NCBI GenBank assembly: GCA_950097015.1
Contig: CATNEN010000001.1
Location: forward strand, 25,234,001 to 25,298,000
Direction of reading: 5' to 3'
Length of the DNA stretch: 64,000 nucleotides
Origin: Macrostomum hystrix
Lineage: Eukaryota > Animalia > Platyhelminthes
Numbering within the stretch: position 1 is the stretch's first letter; every line of letters starts with the position of its first letter. The translations under genes were made by a program, and so were the position numbers. The notes beneath the pieces are model-generated. The model was given only the letters and a program-made list of their open reading frames with translations. It ran no database searches and had not been told where the DNA came from. Below, piece after piece: positions 39,301 to 50,125 of the stretch.

Positions 39301-42124
39301 TAGATGAGACAGGGAAGAGATGAGGCAGGCGAGAAATGAGGCAGGCGAGAAATGAGGCAGGCGATAGATGAGACAGGGAAGAGATGAGGCAGGCGAGAGA
39401 TGAGACAGGGGAGAGATGAGACAGGGGAGAGATGAGACAGGGAGAGATGAGACAGGGGAGAGATGAGACAGGGGAGAGATGAGACAGGGGAGAGATGAGG
39501 CACGCGATAGATGAGACAGGGGAGAGATGAGACAGGGAGAGATGAGGCAGGCGAGAGATGAGACAGGGGAGAGATGAGACAGGGGAGAGATGAGACAGGG
39601 GAGAGATGAGGCACGCGATAGATGAGACAGGGGAGAGATGAGACAGGGAGAGATGAGGCAGGCGAGAGATGAGACAGGGGAGAGATGAGACAGGGGAGAG
39701 ATGAGACAGGGGAGAGATGAGACAGGGAGAGATGAGACAGGGGAGAGATGAGGCAGGCGAGAGATGAGACAGGGGAGAGATGAGACAGGGGAGAGATGAG
39801 GCACGCGATAGATGAGACAGGGGAGAGATGAGACAGGGAGAGATGAGACAGGGGAGAGATGAGGCAGGCGAGAGATGAGACAGGGGAGAGATGAGACAGG
39901 GGAGAGATGAGGCACGCGATAGATGAGACAGGGGAGAGATGAGACAGGGAGAGATGAGGCAGGCGAGAGATGAGACAGGGGAGAGATGAGACAGGGGAGA
40001 GATGAGGCACGCGATAGATGAGACAGGGGAGAGATGAGACAGGGAGAGATGAGGCAGGCGAGAGATGAGACAAGGGAGAGATGAGACAGGGGAGAGATGA
40101 GACAGGGGAGAGATGAGACAGGCGAGAGATGAGACAGGGAAGAGATGAGGCAGGCGAGAGATGAGGCAGGGAAGGGATGAGGCAGGCGAGAGATGAGGCA
40201 GGCGATAGATGAGACAGGGGAGAGATGAGGCAGGGGAGAGAGAGTTTTGGAAGTGGCCGAGAAGCGAGGCTCGCTGTCAGCAGTTGGACGGCCCATGTTA
40301 TAAAATGATCAATCGAGAGAGCATGCAGAATTTACTGGGCTCAGGTGAACTCACCGTTCGCTCTCATCAGCGGCCTTGCTGGCCTCCTCCAGCTTCTGTG
40401 TGGCCTCCTGCAGGCGGGTCTCAGTCTGCTCAAGATCCTCCTCGATCAGTCGGATTCGCCTTGTCAGGGCTTGCACCTCAGCCTCGGCCTGCGAATTAAT
40501 TAGTAATCGGTGTTAATTTACAAATTTTGTCAACCATTCTATTAATTTAATTACTAAAATAAATTAATGACCAAAGCAATAAATTTGGTCTACAATCAGG
40601 ACAAAAAAGATTGCATTTCAAACTTTTCAAAAGAGTTTGAAACACAACTAGACTCCAGAATTAAATTTAAGAAGTTAAAACCCTCAACTTTATTTCTTTT
40701 AGACTGATAAAAAATGTTTTATTGAAGTTTTTTGTGATTTCGCTCTTGGCTTTAGATTCAGAGCTTGTTATTGTTATTTTATTGAAATATTGAAAAGTCC
40801 ATGGTCGTTTTATTGTTAATTTTCAAACAACCTTTATATAAACATAAAAATAGTCAAGAACCTAGGTGAAGGGACCATTTTTAAGCTACAATTGTCAAGT
40901 TAAAATAAATATTTATATTTCATATTTTATAACAATTATTTTGCAACTGGACTATTGTTACATCTGTTTGAAATCTGTACTGTTTATAGAGTATTTAGTG
41001 CCAAAAATAAAAAAATTGTTTTCAAAGTAATTTTGGCGCTGAATCTGATGCTTTAAACAATTTTTTTTCTTGCGCATACATCTCTCTTCTTGTTGTCCTC
41101 TTCGTCTAACTCCTGGGTCTTCTTCTCCAGTTCCTCATTGGTCGCGTCTAGTTCTTTGCGAAGCGTTTGCAATTTATGTTTCAAAATTGACAGAACGCTC
41201 TGAGACTGTCCAGAATTAGCCATTCTATAAAGATTTTTAGCTCAAGATTAAAGTTGATGAAAATAACTTTTATTTGCTGTACGCCCCTTAGCTAAATAAC
41301 GGAAGTAAAATAAATTAAATTGCGGAAAATTCCAGACCACGTGCCAAGTTGAAAATGTTACTGTGTTAGCATTTAAACAAATTGCTAACGGCTCGCTTTT
41401 GCTAACATAGACTGTATTTTAGTAAAAATTGTGTTAAAACATATTTTATATGGTTTTGATTTTTAGCTTTTATATTTTAATACTTATTTGAAAGCACTAT
41501 TTTTGTTAATTAAAAGTCGTTCGCTTTTATTTATGAGTAAAACTTCAAAGGCTAGAAATGCGGCAGAAATGAAAAATGAAATCGAGTAATTTGACTGCAC
41601 TATTTAATTCAATGCTTCCATTGTGACAGCTAGTTTTTATTGAAAAGGCTGTTAATCCTAACTAAGCTCTCAAATCTTACCACACAAAAGTTTCACAGAA
41701 TTTAGGCGTGTAAATGCTCGCGTAAATTCAGTTTTATAACACGATGCAAAATCCAATAAAATTTGAGAGCTGAACACACAAAAGAACACTTACATCACTG
41801 GCTCTCTTTTCAGTGGCCTCAAGGTTGGTGTTAGCCCCAGCTAGGGCTTCCTGTGCAGTGTCCAGATCTTGTTGCAGCTGCGAGAACTTCTTCTGCAGCT
41901 CGCCCATCTCCTCCTCTTTCTTAGTCATTTCGTCTTCTTTTTCCTTGAGCTTGGCATCAACCTGGTCGGCCCTGGGTGTTACAAATCACTTTGGGGTTAA
42001 TTACGACTAGAGGTGCTTTATAATTTCACACTTCAAGCGCAAAATGTTCACCTATTGCTCACCTATCCATAGCGTTCTCTTTCTCAAGCTTCATAGCCAG
42101 CATCTTCTTCTTGATTGCGTCCAT
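33320..42124 (-). CDS. TPM: Tropomyosin, canonical long (muscle-type) isoform, 284 aa; exons 42063-42124, 41794-41971, 40355-40488, 37865-38053, 36387-36525, 35652-35721, 33320-33402
   Basis: [21 protein letters not shown]...[20 protein letters not shown]...[24 protein letters not shown]...[12 protein letters not shown]. The exons sum to 855 nt, exactly 284 aa plus stop, and all introns are GT-AG. Confidence 0.96.
33405..33770. repeat. 19-bp minisatellite abutting the acceptor of the last tropomyosin exon
   Basis: GGGATTCGGGTTTAGATTT units. Confidence 0.9.
34109..41223 (-). CDS. TPM: Tropomyosin, short divergent (cytoskeletal-type) isoform, 252 aa; exons 41080-41223, 40355-40488 (shared), 38905-39022, 37546-37692, 36048-36110, 35093-35162, 34109-34191
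   Basis: Alternative first exon [26 protein letters not shown]..., followed by exons of canonical tropomyosin sizes (134, 118, 71+76, 63, 70, 83 nt). Each has GT-AG borders, an open frame and heptad-like sequence. Total 759 nt. Confidence 0.85.
34405..34997 (-). mobile_element. tRNA-derived SINE family 1, full length (~590 bp), in a tropomyosin intron
   Basis: A-box TGGGTCAGCGG and B-box AGTTCGATTC on the minus strand, (ATAG)n tail, and a 15-bp TSD TCCCTAATATCGGTC (34390-34404 / 34998-35012). A near-identical copy lies at 51222-51808. Confidence 0.88.
36612..36970. repeat. 31/33-bp minisatellite
   Basis: TAGTTGAGTCTGAGTG(TG)ACAGGATTGGGATTC units. Confidence 0.9.
38357..38700 (+). mobile_element. 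SINE family 2 copy in a tropomyosin intron
   Basis: Colinear similarity to 7655-7995. Confidence 0.8.
39100..40242. repeat. 20-bp GA-rich satellite (same family as 15290 and 46520)
   Basis: GAGATGAGACAGGGGAGA-type units. Confidence 0.93.
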
Positions 42125-43508
42125 GTTTGTTCTTTTGGTTAAATTAGGCAGACAGTTAAAAAATCTAGGTTGACTTTTTGTCTGCTACGAAATTCGGTCA
42201 AACAATTCCGTCGACCTTCAAATATATCCTTCAGCCGTGCTAGCCGGGCGAAGACAATCCACCAGGACTCGGACACAGGACGGCTTTTAAATAATTGCTT
42301 GTACCGAGCGACCACCATTGGACCCAAGACTACAACCTATAGGAAATTTCCGGCTGATGGAAAGATGTGGGGAAAACCCATGGGGAACGGAAAATGAGGG
42401 CAAGACGGGAGGATTTTCGCAGACCCTCGGATCGTCCCTCAACCGTTATCGATCGTCCAAATTCACTCGACTCTGTCCCGGTGACGTCAGCCAACCATCA
42501 AGTTCGCCTTGTCCATCTAGACTTTGCAGTTTAGGCCGCATACCACAGACAAATCCCGCACCCCGTGAAGCAGCGAACCTGCCTTTCAGCTCCTTGCCAA
42601 CTTCTACGTGCGAGAGAAAACTTTTTTGGCGGCTTACTAACACGCCAGGTCATCCAGCCACTAGCACCACAGGAAGCTCTCGCGGCTTGAAGTACCGGAA
42701 TAATCGTAAATATATATATTAGGAAGCCATTTGCAGAAGATAATTGCTTCTGGCTCACTAAAATCTGGACTTGTTTGTGAAAAGAAGCAATCTTTCATAA
42801 TATATAGGTGTGCAGCTGCAGGCCAATATTCACACAGTTTAGAAAACGCATTTTCTAACGAGCATAAACAAATCAGAACCCCTCCTCACAGTGGCGCTAT
42901 CGCGGCTGCTGCAGCGATAAGGCTGATGGAACAGACCTCATTCGCGAATACCTGGCAAAGAGTTCATCTTTCGACTTGCATTAGCAATAAACTTTACAGT
43001 TGATTGTATATATTATACAGAAAACTCACGGCCGAAATAGTTTGCTTATAGAGTCTTAAGAAAGCGTCGAAGAAATGGAATTAATTGATGATGAACTTGC
43101 TTGGCCTTTCCTGGAGTCATGCAGCATTGGTTTGTGGTCTGTGTATAAATGCGATCGCTGCTTTAAGATTCTGTAGACTTTGATTGACAGAATCTATTCA
43201 GTCACAATGGAATCGTTTCGTTTCCAAGCGCACCCAGGTATGGGTCAGTACAGTTATTTGCAGCGTACATGTACTCCTATCTACCTCCGTAAAAAACTTC
43301 AACTCTAAGCCTGGGTATAACGAGTGAGACTTGCGTCAGTTTATTTGACTATTTCGTATTTGGGCCGTGCAGACCGGCATTGATTGATAAAAGCAGGTGA
43401 AATTATTGATGGCATTGATTGATAAAAGGATTTGTGATTAATAATTGGAGTCGAATGACAAAAATAAAATTTGTCCAAGTAAAAACACATTGCAGCTGCT
43501 TGCAGTTG

Positions 43509-43802
43509 CTAGTACAAGACGCCGCACACGACCGACTTATCATCGATTTCAAAGGCCCTGTCCTTGGTGGCGACGCCACTCTTGAACCAGCAGAGACCGG
43601 TGTGCGGGTTCCAAGTGAAGTGGGTGCATGTCTGGTGCTCGTGGCACTTTTGTCCACACCTGTCGCCGCTAGTTCTCACATTTCCAACGTCCCGGTCGCT
43701 GGGAAAGTCGCAGCCGAAGGCCCAGTTGCCATTCCAGATGATTCCAGCATTGGCGCTAGCAACCAAGCAGACCAGCAGGATGACGGGCACGATGAAACGC
43801 AT
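43509..43802 (-). CDS. Small secreted single PAN/apple-domain protein (97 aa), intronless
   Basis: Signal peptide MRFIVPVILLVCLVASANA followed by a six-Cys PAN pattern: WAFGCDF...CGQKC...CTHFTW...CWFK...VCG. Confidence 0.8.
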   Translation of the reverse strand: MRFIVPVILLVCLVASANAGIIWNGNWAFGCDFPSDRDVGNVRTSGDRCGQKCHEHQTCTHFTWNPHTGLCWFKSGVATKDRAFEIDDKSVVCGVLY

Positions 43803-43902
43803 TGTGGCGGTGTCGACTGCGGCTCTTGAAGATATTTGCGAATCGGAAGCTTCTCTGCTAGCGGGGAGCACTGCATGACTTCTTGAATTGGTCAGCTTTA
43901 CG

Positions 43903-43995
43903 TATTTATAGTCAGGGCGCGTGGCCATACGCAGTTTACTTTGTCAGCCAATCAGGGTGCGAGAGAGGCCGGTAAGCGAGTGAGCCAACCAATAG
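43903..43995 (-). promoter_or_regulatory. Putative core promoter of the PAN gene (TATA box plus CCAAT boxes)
   Basis: TATAAATA on the minus strand at 43903-43910, about 100 bp upstream of the ATG, with CCAAT motifs near 43948 and 43989. Confidence 0.45.
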
Positions 43996-44719
43996 GAAAC
44001 GACATAGTGTGAGAGATAATTAGAGACGGCGGAACCAGTTCATTCTGGCGCACCAGCATATATGTTTAAATTGTAAACATAAGGGCTTTGTCTGGATAGT
44101 AAAACATTCACCGATTTTTTGTAACCTGTCGCGACTTTCGTCTGTCTTCTGTCCTCTATTCACTTTCGTTCTCTGCACTTTTCTTGTTTACATCGTCCAG
44201 TTCAATCTATTTCTTTTTCTCTCGTTATCTGTGCGGCTGATCTCTCATTCTCCATCCTTTCTTCCTTTCCTCCTTTCTGATTGGTCCGCCGCTCACGTTC
44301 TAGCCTCCTATCCTAGCCTCAGTCGCGCACTCTTGTTATCGTACCGCAAACCTCCTCCAGTGTTGGAGGAGGTGAACCTCCTCCTTCACCTAACGCCTGT
44401 GTTTAATTCGGTCTTAATATTACAAGTATGCACTGCATGACATCATGTGTAAAACGAACTTTTTTTCTCCCAACTCACTGTTAATATTATTGTGAATATG
44501 AATTTGTATTGTTTACCCTTTAATTACTCATCTCACTCGTAAAGAACTAATCAAAATAGCCCCTTATAACTATTACTCCTCAGCTCGTAGCTTAAGAACC
44601 ATGTAGCCATGAACTTAAAACACTATAGCAGGTTAGCCACAATCTTTGGCTTAATCTCATCGCCGTTAAGCCTTTATCTTTAAGCACTTTAGCCATAATT
44701 TTATTTCAGTTTAACCACA

Positions 44720-46095
44720 AACATAGGAAACGTAGCTAGAATCGTACCAGGAAACGTAGCTAGAATCGTACCAGGAAACATATCTAGAATCGTACCAGGA
44801 AACGTAGCTAGAATCGTACCAGGAAACATAGCTAGAATCGTACCAGGAAACATATCTAGAATCGTACCAGGAAACGTAGCTAGAATCGTACCAGGAAACG
44901 TAGCTAGAATCGTACCAGGAAACATAGCTAGAATCGTACCAGGAAACGTAGCTAGAATCGTACCAGGAAACAAAGCTAGAATCGTACCAGGAAACATATC
45001 TAGAATCGTACCAGGAAACGTAGCTAGAATCGTACCAGGAAATTTAGCTAGAATCGTACCACGAAACATAGCTAGAATCGTACCAGGAAACGCAGCGAGA
45101 ATCGCACAAGGAAACATAGCTAGAATCGTACCAGGAAACGTAGCTAGAATCGTACCAGGAAATTTAGCTAGAATCGTACCACGAAACATAGCTAGAATCG
45201 TACCAGGAAACGCAGCGAGAATCGCACAAGGAAACATAGCTAGAATCGTACCAGGAAACGTAGCTAGAATCGTACCAGGAAATTTAGCTAGAATCGTACC
45301 ACGAAACATAGCTAGAATCGTACCAGTAAACGCAGCGAGAATAGCACAAGGAAACATAGCTAGAATCGTACCAGGAAACGTAGCTAGAATCGCACAAGGA
45401 AATGTAGCTAGAATCGTACCAGGAAACGTAGCTAGAATCGTACCAAGATCGTACTAGAATCGTAACAAGGAAAAGTATCTAGAATCGTACCAGGAAACGT
45501 AGCTAGAATCGTACCAAGATCGTACTAGAATCGTAACAAGGAAAAGTATCTAGAATCGTACCAGGAAACATAGCTAGAATCGTACCAGGAAACGTAGCTA
45601 GAATCGCACAAGGAAATGTAGCTAGAATCGTACCAGGAAACGTAGCTAGAATCGTACCAAGATCGTACTAGAATCGTAACAAGGAAAAGTATCTAGAATC
45701 GTACCAGGAAACGTAGCTAGAATCGTACCAAGATCGTACTAGAATCGTAGCAGGAAACATAGCTAGAATCGTACAAGGAAACGTAGCTAGAATCGTACCA
45801 GGAAACATAGCTAGAATCGTACTAGGAAACGTAGCTAGAATCGTACAAGGAAACGTATCTAGAATCGTAACAAGAACGTAGCCAGAATCGTACCAGGAAA
45901 CGTAGCTAGAATCGTACAACGAAACGTAGCTAGAATCGTACAAGGAAACGTATCTAGAATCGTAACAAGAACGTAGCTAGAATCGTACCAGGAAACGTAG
46001 CTAGAATCGTACAAGGAAACGTATCTAGAATCGTAACAAGAACGTAGTTAGAATCGTACCAGGAAACGTAGCTAGAAATCGTACAAGGAAACGTA
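44720..46095. repeat. 24-bp minisatellite
   Basis: AGGAAACGTAGCTAGAATCGTACC units. Confidence 0.93.
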
Positions 46096-49000
46096 GTCGT
46101 AGCTGGAATAGTAGTCGTTCGAGAAGCTTTTGAGTCGTCCATGAATCGTTGGAGTCGCTAAAGAAACTTTTAAGTCGTTAGAAAAAATGGTTGAGTAGCA
46201 AACAAGTGGTCTTGAACAACTCTGTATAAGACCGCTTGCCACGGTTCAGTTTTCAGCATTAAGAATTGTTTTAATTTTGTCTATAAGATACAGTCATTAC
46301 TGTTCTGATTCTACAAAAATATTGCCTCCAAATTTCACAGGTGCGACCGTCTGACCGATCCAAGCCCCTAGCCACCGATGTGAAGCCGGCCACTAACAGT
46401 CCATTGTGGAACTATGTTGCTGAGGCATCTCTTTGATAATTCATTGTTTACTTATCCGGATAAGGCCTGCCTGCTAACATTCAAGGTATGGAATACCTAT
46501 ATACCTACCTATATGGAATGCCTATCTCTCCCCTGTCTTATCTCTCCCCTGTCTCATCTCTCATTTGTCTCATCTCTTTTTTCGGAAGAGATGTCTTAAA
46601 ATAAACTTAAAATCCTTTCTATACGCAGATTCTGCTTTTTTTGTCAAAATTTTTTGTCGATTTCTCCCCTGTCTCATCTCTCCCATGTCTCATCTCTCCC
46701 CTGTCTCATCTCTCCCATGTCTCATCTCTCCCCTGTCTCATCTCTCCCCTGTCTCATCTCTTCCCTGTCTCATCTATCGCCTGCCTCATCTCTTCCCTGT
46801 CTCATCTCTCCCATGTATCATCTCTCCCCTGTCTCATCTCTCCCATGTATCATCTCTCCCCTGTCTCATCTCTCCCATGTCTCATCTCTCCCCTGTCTCA
46901 TCTCTCCCTTGTCTCATCTCTCGCCTGCCTCATCTCTTCCCTGTCTCATCTATCGCCTGCCTCATCTCTCCCCTGTCTCATCTCTCCCCTGTCTCATCTC
47001 TCCGGTGTCTCATCTCTTCCGTGTATAATCTTTCCCCTGTCTCATCTCTCCCCTGTCTCATCTCTCCCCTGTCTCATCTCTCCCATGTCTCATCTCTCCC
47101 CTGTCTTATCTCTCCCTTGTCTCATCTCTCCCATGTCTCATCTCTCCCCTGTCTCATCTCTTCCCTGTCTCATCTATCACCTGCCTCATCTCTCCCCTGT
47201 CTCATCTCTCCCATGTCTCATCTCTCCCCTGTCTCATCTCTCCCATGTCTCATCTCTCCCCTGTCTCATCTCTCCCCTGTCTCATCTCTTCCCTGTCTCA
47301 TCTATCGCCTGCCTCATCTCTTCCCTGTCTCATCTCTCCCATGTATCATCTCTCCCCTGTCTCATCTCTCCCATGTATCATCTCTCCCCTGTCTCATCTC
47401 TCCCATGTCTCATCTCTCCCCTGTCTCATCTCTCCCTTGTCTCATCTCTCGCCTGCCTCATCTCTTCCCTGTCTCATCTATCGCCTGCCTCATCTCTCCC
47501 CTGTCTCATCTCTCCCCTGTCTCATCTCTCCGGTGTCTCATCTCTTCCGTGTATAATCTTTCCCCTGTCTCATCTCTCCCCTGTCTCATCTCTCCCCTGT
47601 CTCATCTCTCCCATGTCTCATCTCTCCCCTGTCTTATCTCTCCCTTGTCTCATCTCTCCCATGTCTCATCTCTCCCCTGTCTCATCTCTTCCCTGTCTCA
47701 TCTATCACCTGCCTCATCTCTTCCCTGTCTCATCTCTCCCATGTCTCATCTCTCCCCTGTCTCATCTCTCCCATGTCTCATCTCTCCCCTGTCTTATCTC
47801 TCCCCTGTCTCATCTCTCCCATGTCTCATCTCTCCCCTGTCTCATCTCTCCCCTGTCTCATCTCTCCCATGTCTCATCTCTCCCCTGTCTCCCATGAATC
47901 GTACAAGGAAACGTATCTAGAATCGTAACAAGAACGTAGCCAGAATCGTACCAGGAAACGTAGCTAGAATCGTACAACGAAACGTAGCTAGAATCGTACA
48001 AGGAAACGTATCTAGAATCGTAACAAGAACGTAGCTAGAATCGTACCAGGAAACGTAGCTAGAATCGTACAAGGAAACGTATCTAGAATCGTAACAAGAA
48101 CGTAGTTAGAATCGTACCAGGAAACGTAGCTAGAAATCGTACAAGGAAACGTAGTCGTAGCTGGAATAGTAGTCGTTCGAGAAGCTTTTGAGTCGTCCAT
48201 GAATCGTTGGAGTCGCTAAAGAAACTTTTAAGTCGTTAGAAAAAATGGTTGAGTAGCAAACAAGTGGTCTTGAACAACTCTGTATAAGACCGCTTGCCAC
48301 GGTTCAGTTTTCAGCATTAAGAATTGTTTTAATTTTGTCTATAAGATACAGTCATTACTGTTCTGATTCTACAAAAATATTGCCTCCAAATTTCACAGGT
48401 GCGACCGTCTGACCGATCCAAGCCCCTAGCCACCGATGTGAAGCCGGCCACTAACAGTCCATTGTGGAACTATGTTGCTGAGGCATCTCTTTGATAATTC
48501 ATTGTTTACTTATCCGGATAAGGCCTGCCTGCTAACATTCAAGGTATGGAATACCTATATACCTACCTATATGGAATGCCTATCTCTCCCCTGTCTTATC
48601 TCTCCCCTGTCTCATCTCTCATTTGTCTCATCTCTTTTTTCGGAAGAGATGTCTTAAAATAAACTTAAAATCCTTTCTATACGCAGATTCTGCTTTTTTT
48701 GTCAAAATTTTTTGTCGATTTCTCCCCTGTCTCATCTCTCCCATGTCTCATCTCTCCCCTGTCTCATCTCTCCCATGTCTCATCTCTCCCCTGTCTCATC
48801 TCTCCCCTGTCTCATCTCTCCCCTGTCTCATCTCTCCCATGTCTCATCTCTCCCCTGTCTCATCTCTCCCCTGTCTCATCTCTCCCCTGTCTCATCTCTC
48901 CCATGTCTCATCTCTCCCCTGTCTCATCTCTCCCTTGTCTCATCTCTCCCTTGTCTCATCTCTCCCCTGTCTCATCTCTTCCCTGTCTCATCTCTCCCAT

Positions 49001-49780
49001 GTATCATCTCTCCCCTGTCTCATCTCTCCCATGTCTCATCTCTCCCCTGTCTCATCTCTCCCTTGTCTCATCTCTCCCTTGTCTCATCTCTCCCCTGTCT
49101 CATCTCTCCCCTGTCTCATCTCTTCCCTGTCTCATCTATCGCCTGCCTCATCTCTTCCCTGTCTCATCTCTCCCATGTATCATCTCTCCCCTGTCTCATC
49201 TCTCCCATGTATCATCTCTCCCCTGTCTCATCTCTCCCATGTCTCATCTCTCCCCTGTCTCATCTCTCCCTTGTCTCATCTCTCGCCTGCCTCATCTCTT
49301 CCCTGTCTCATCTATCGCCTGCCTCATCTCTCCCCTGTCTCATCTCTCCCCTGTCTCATCTCTCCGGTGTCTCATCTCTTCCGTGTATAATCTTTCCCCT
49401 GTCTCATCTCTCCCCTGTCTCATCTCTCCCCTGTCTCATCTCTCCCATGTCTCATCTCTCCCCTGTCTTATCTCTCCCTTGTCTCATCTCTCCCATGTCT
49501 CATCTCTCCCCTGTCTCATCTCTTCCCTGTCTCATCTATCACCTGCCTCATCTCTTCCCTGTCTCATCTCTCCCATGTCTCATCTCTCCCCTGTCTCATC
49601 TCTCCCATGTCTCATCTCTCCCCTGTCTTATCTCTCCCCTGTCTCATCTCTCCCATGTCTCATCTCTCCCCTGTCTCATCTCTCCCCTGTCTCATCTCTC
49701 CCATGTCTCATCTCTCCCCTGTCTCATCTCTTCCCAGTCTCATCTCTCCCATGTCTCATCTCTTCCCAGTCTCATATCTT
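45838..49780. repeat. 2058-bp-period tandem segmental duplication including 20-bp CT-rich satellite blocks
   Basis: The unique spacer at ~46100-46660 recurs at +2058 (identical ORFs 45954/48012 and 46414/48472). Junction at 47895/47896. Confidence 0.9.
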
Positions 49781-50125
49781 TTTTTGGAAGAGATGTCTCA
49801 GAATATACTCAAAATCCTTTCCATACGCATATTATGCTTTTTGCTCGGCAAAAATGTTTGTCTATCAAAAACAGTGGCCCGGATGTGTTGCAGTTACTGA
49901 AATCCCACATTACATTATCGATTTGCCACAGTATGGTTACTTGATTACAAATATTCACACTTCGAAAGAACGATGAGTTTATCATTTAGCTATCTACTCA
50001 GCTCGTGATAAGGTTTATTTTTTATTCATATGCACTGCCACCAACCATAGAAATTGTAGATTGTAAAAATCTCACAGTGTCTCACAGCCTACCTCTCACA
50101 GTGTCTCATGTATACTCATGTGTAC

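Noticed and set aside
44350-44390. Alternative hairpins CCTCCTCC/GGAGGAGG
   Set aside because: Short and low in complexity, with no supporting context.
38803-49976. Long '[16 protein letters not shown]' and 'FPGTILA' ORFs
   Set aside because: These are satellite translations, often open in several frames. Only 38905-39022 within the 38803 ORF is a real (tropomyosin) exon.
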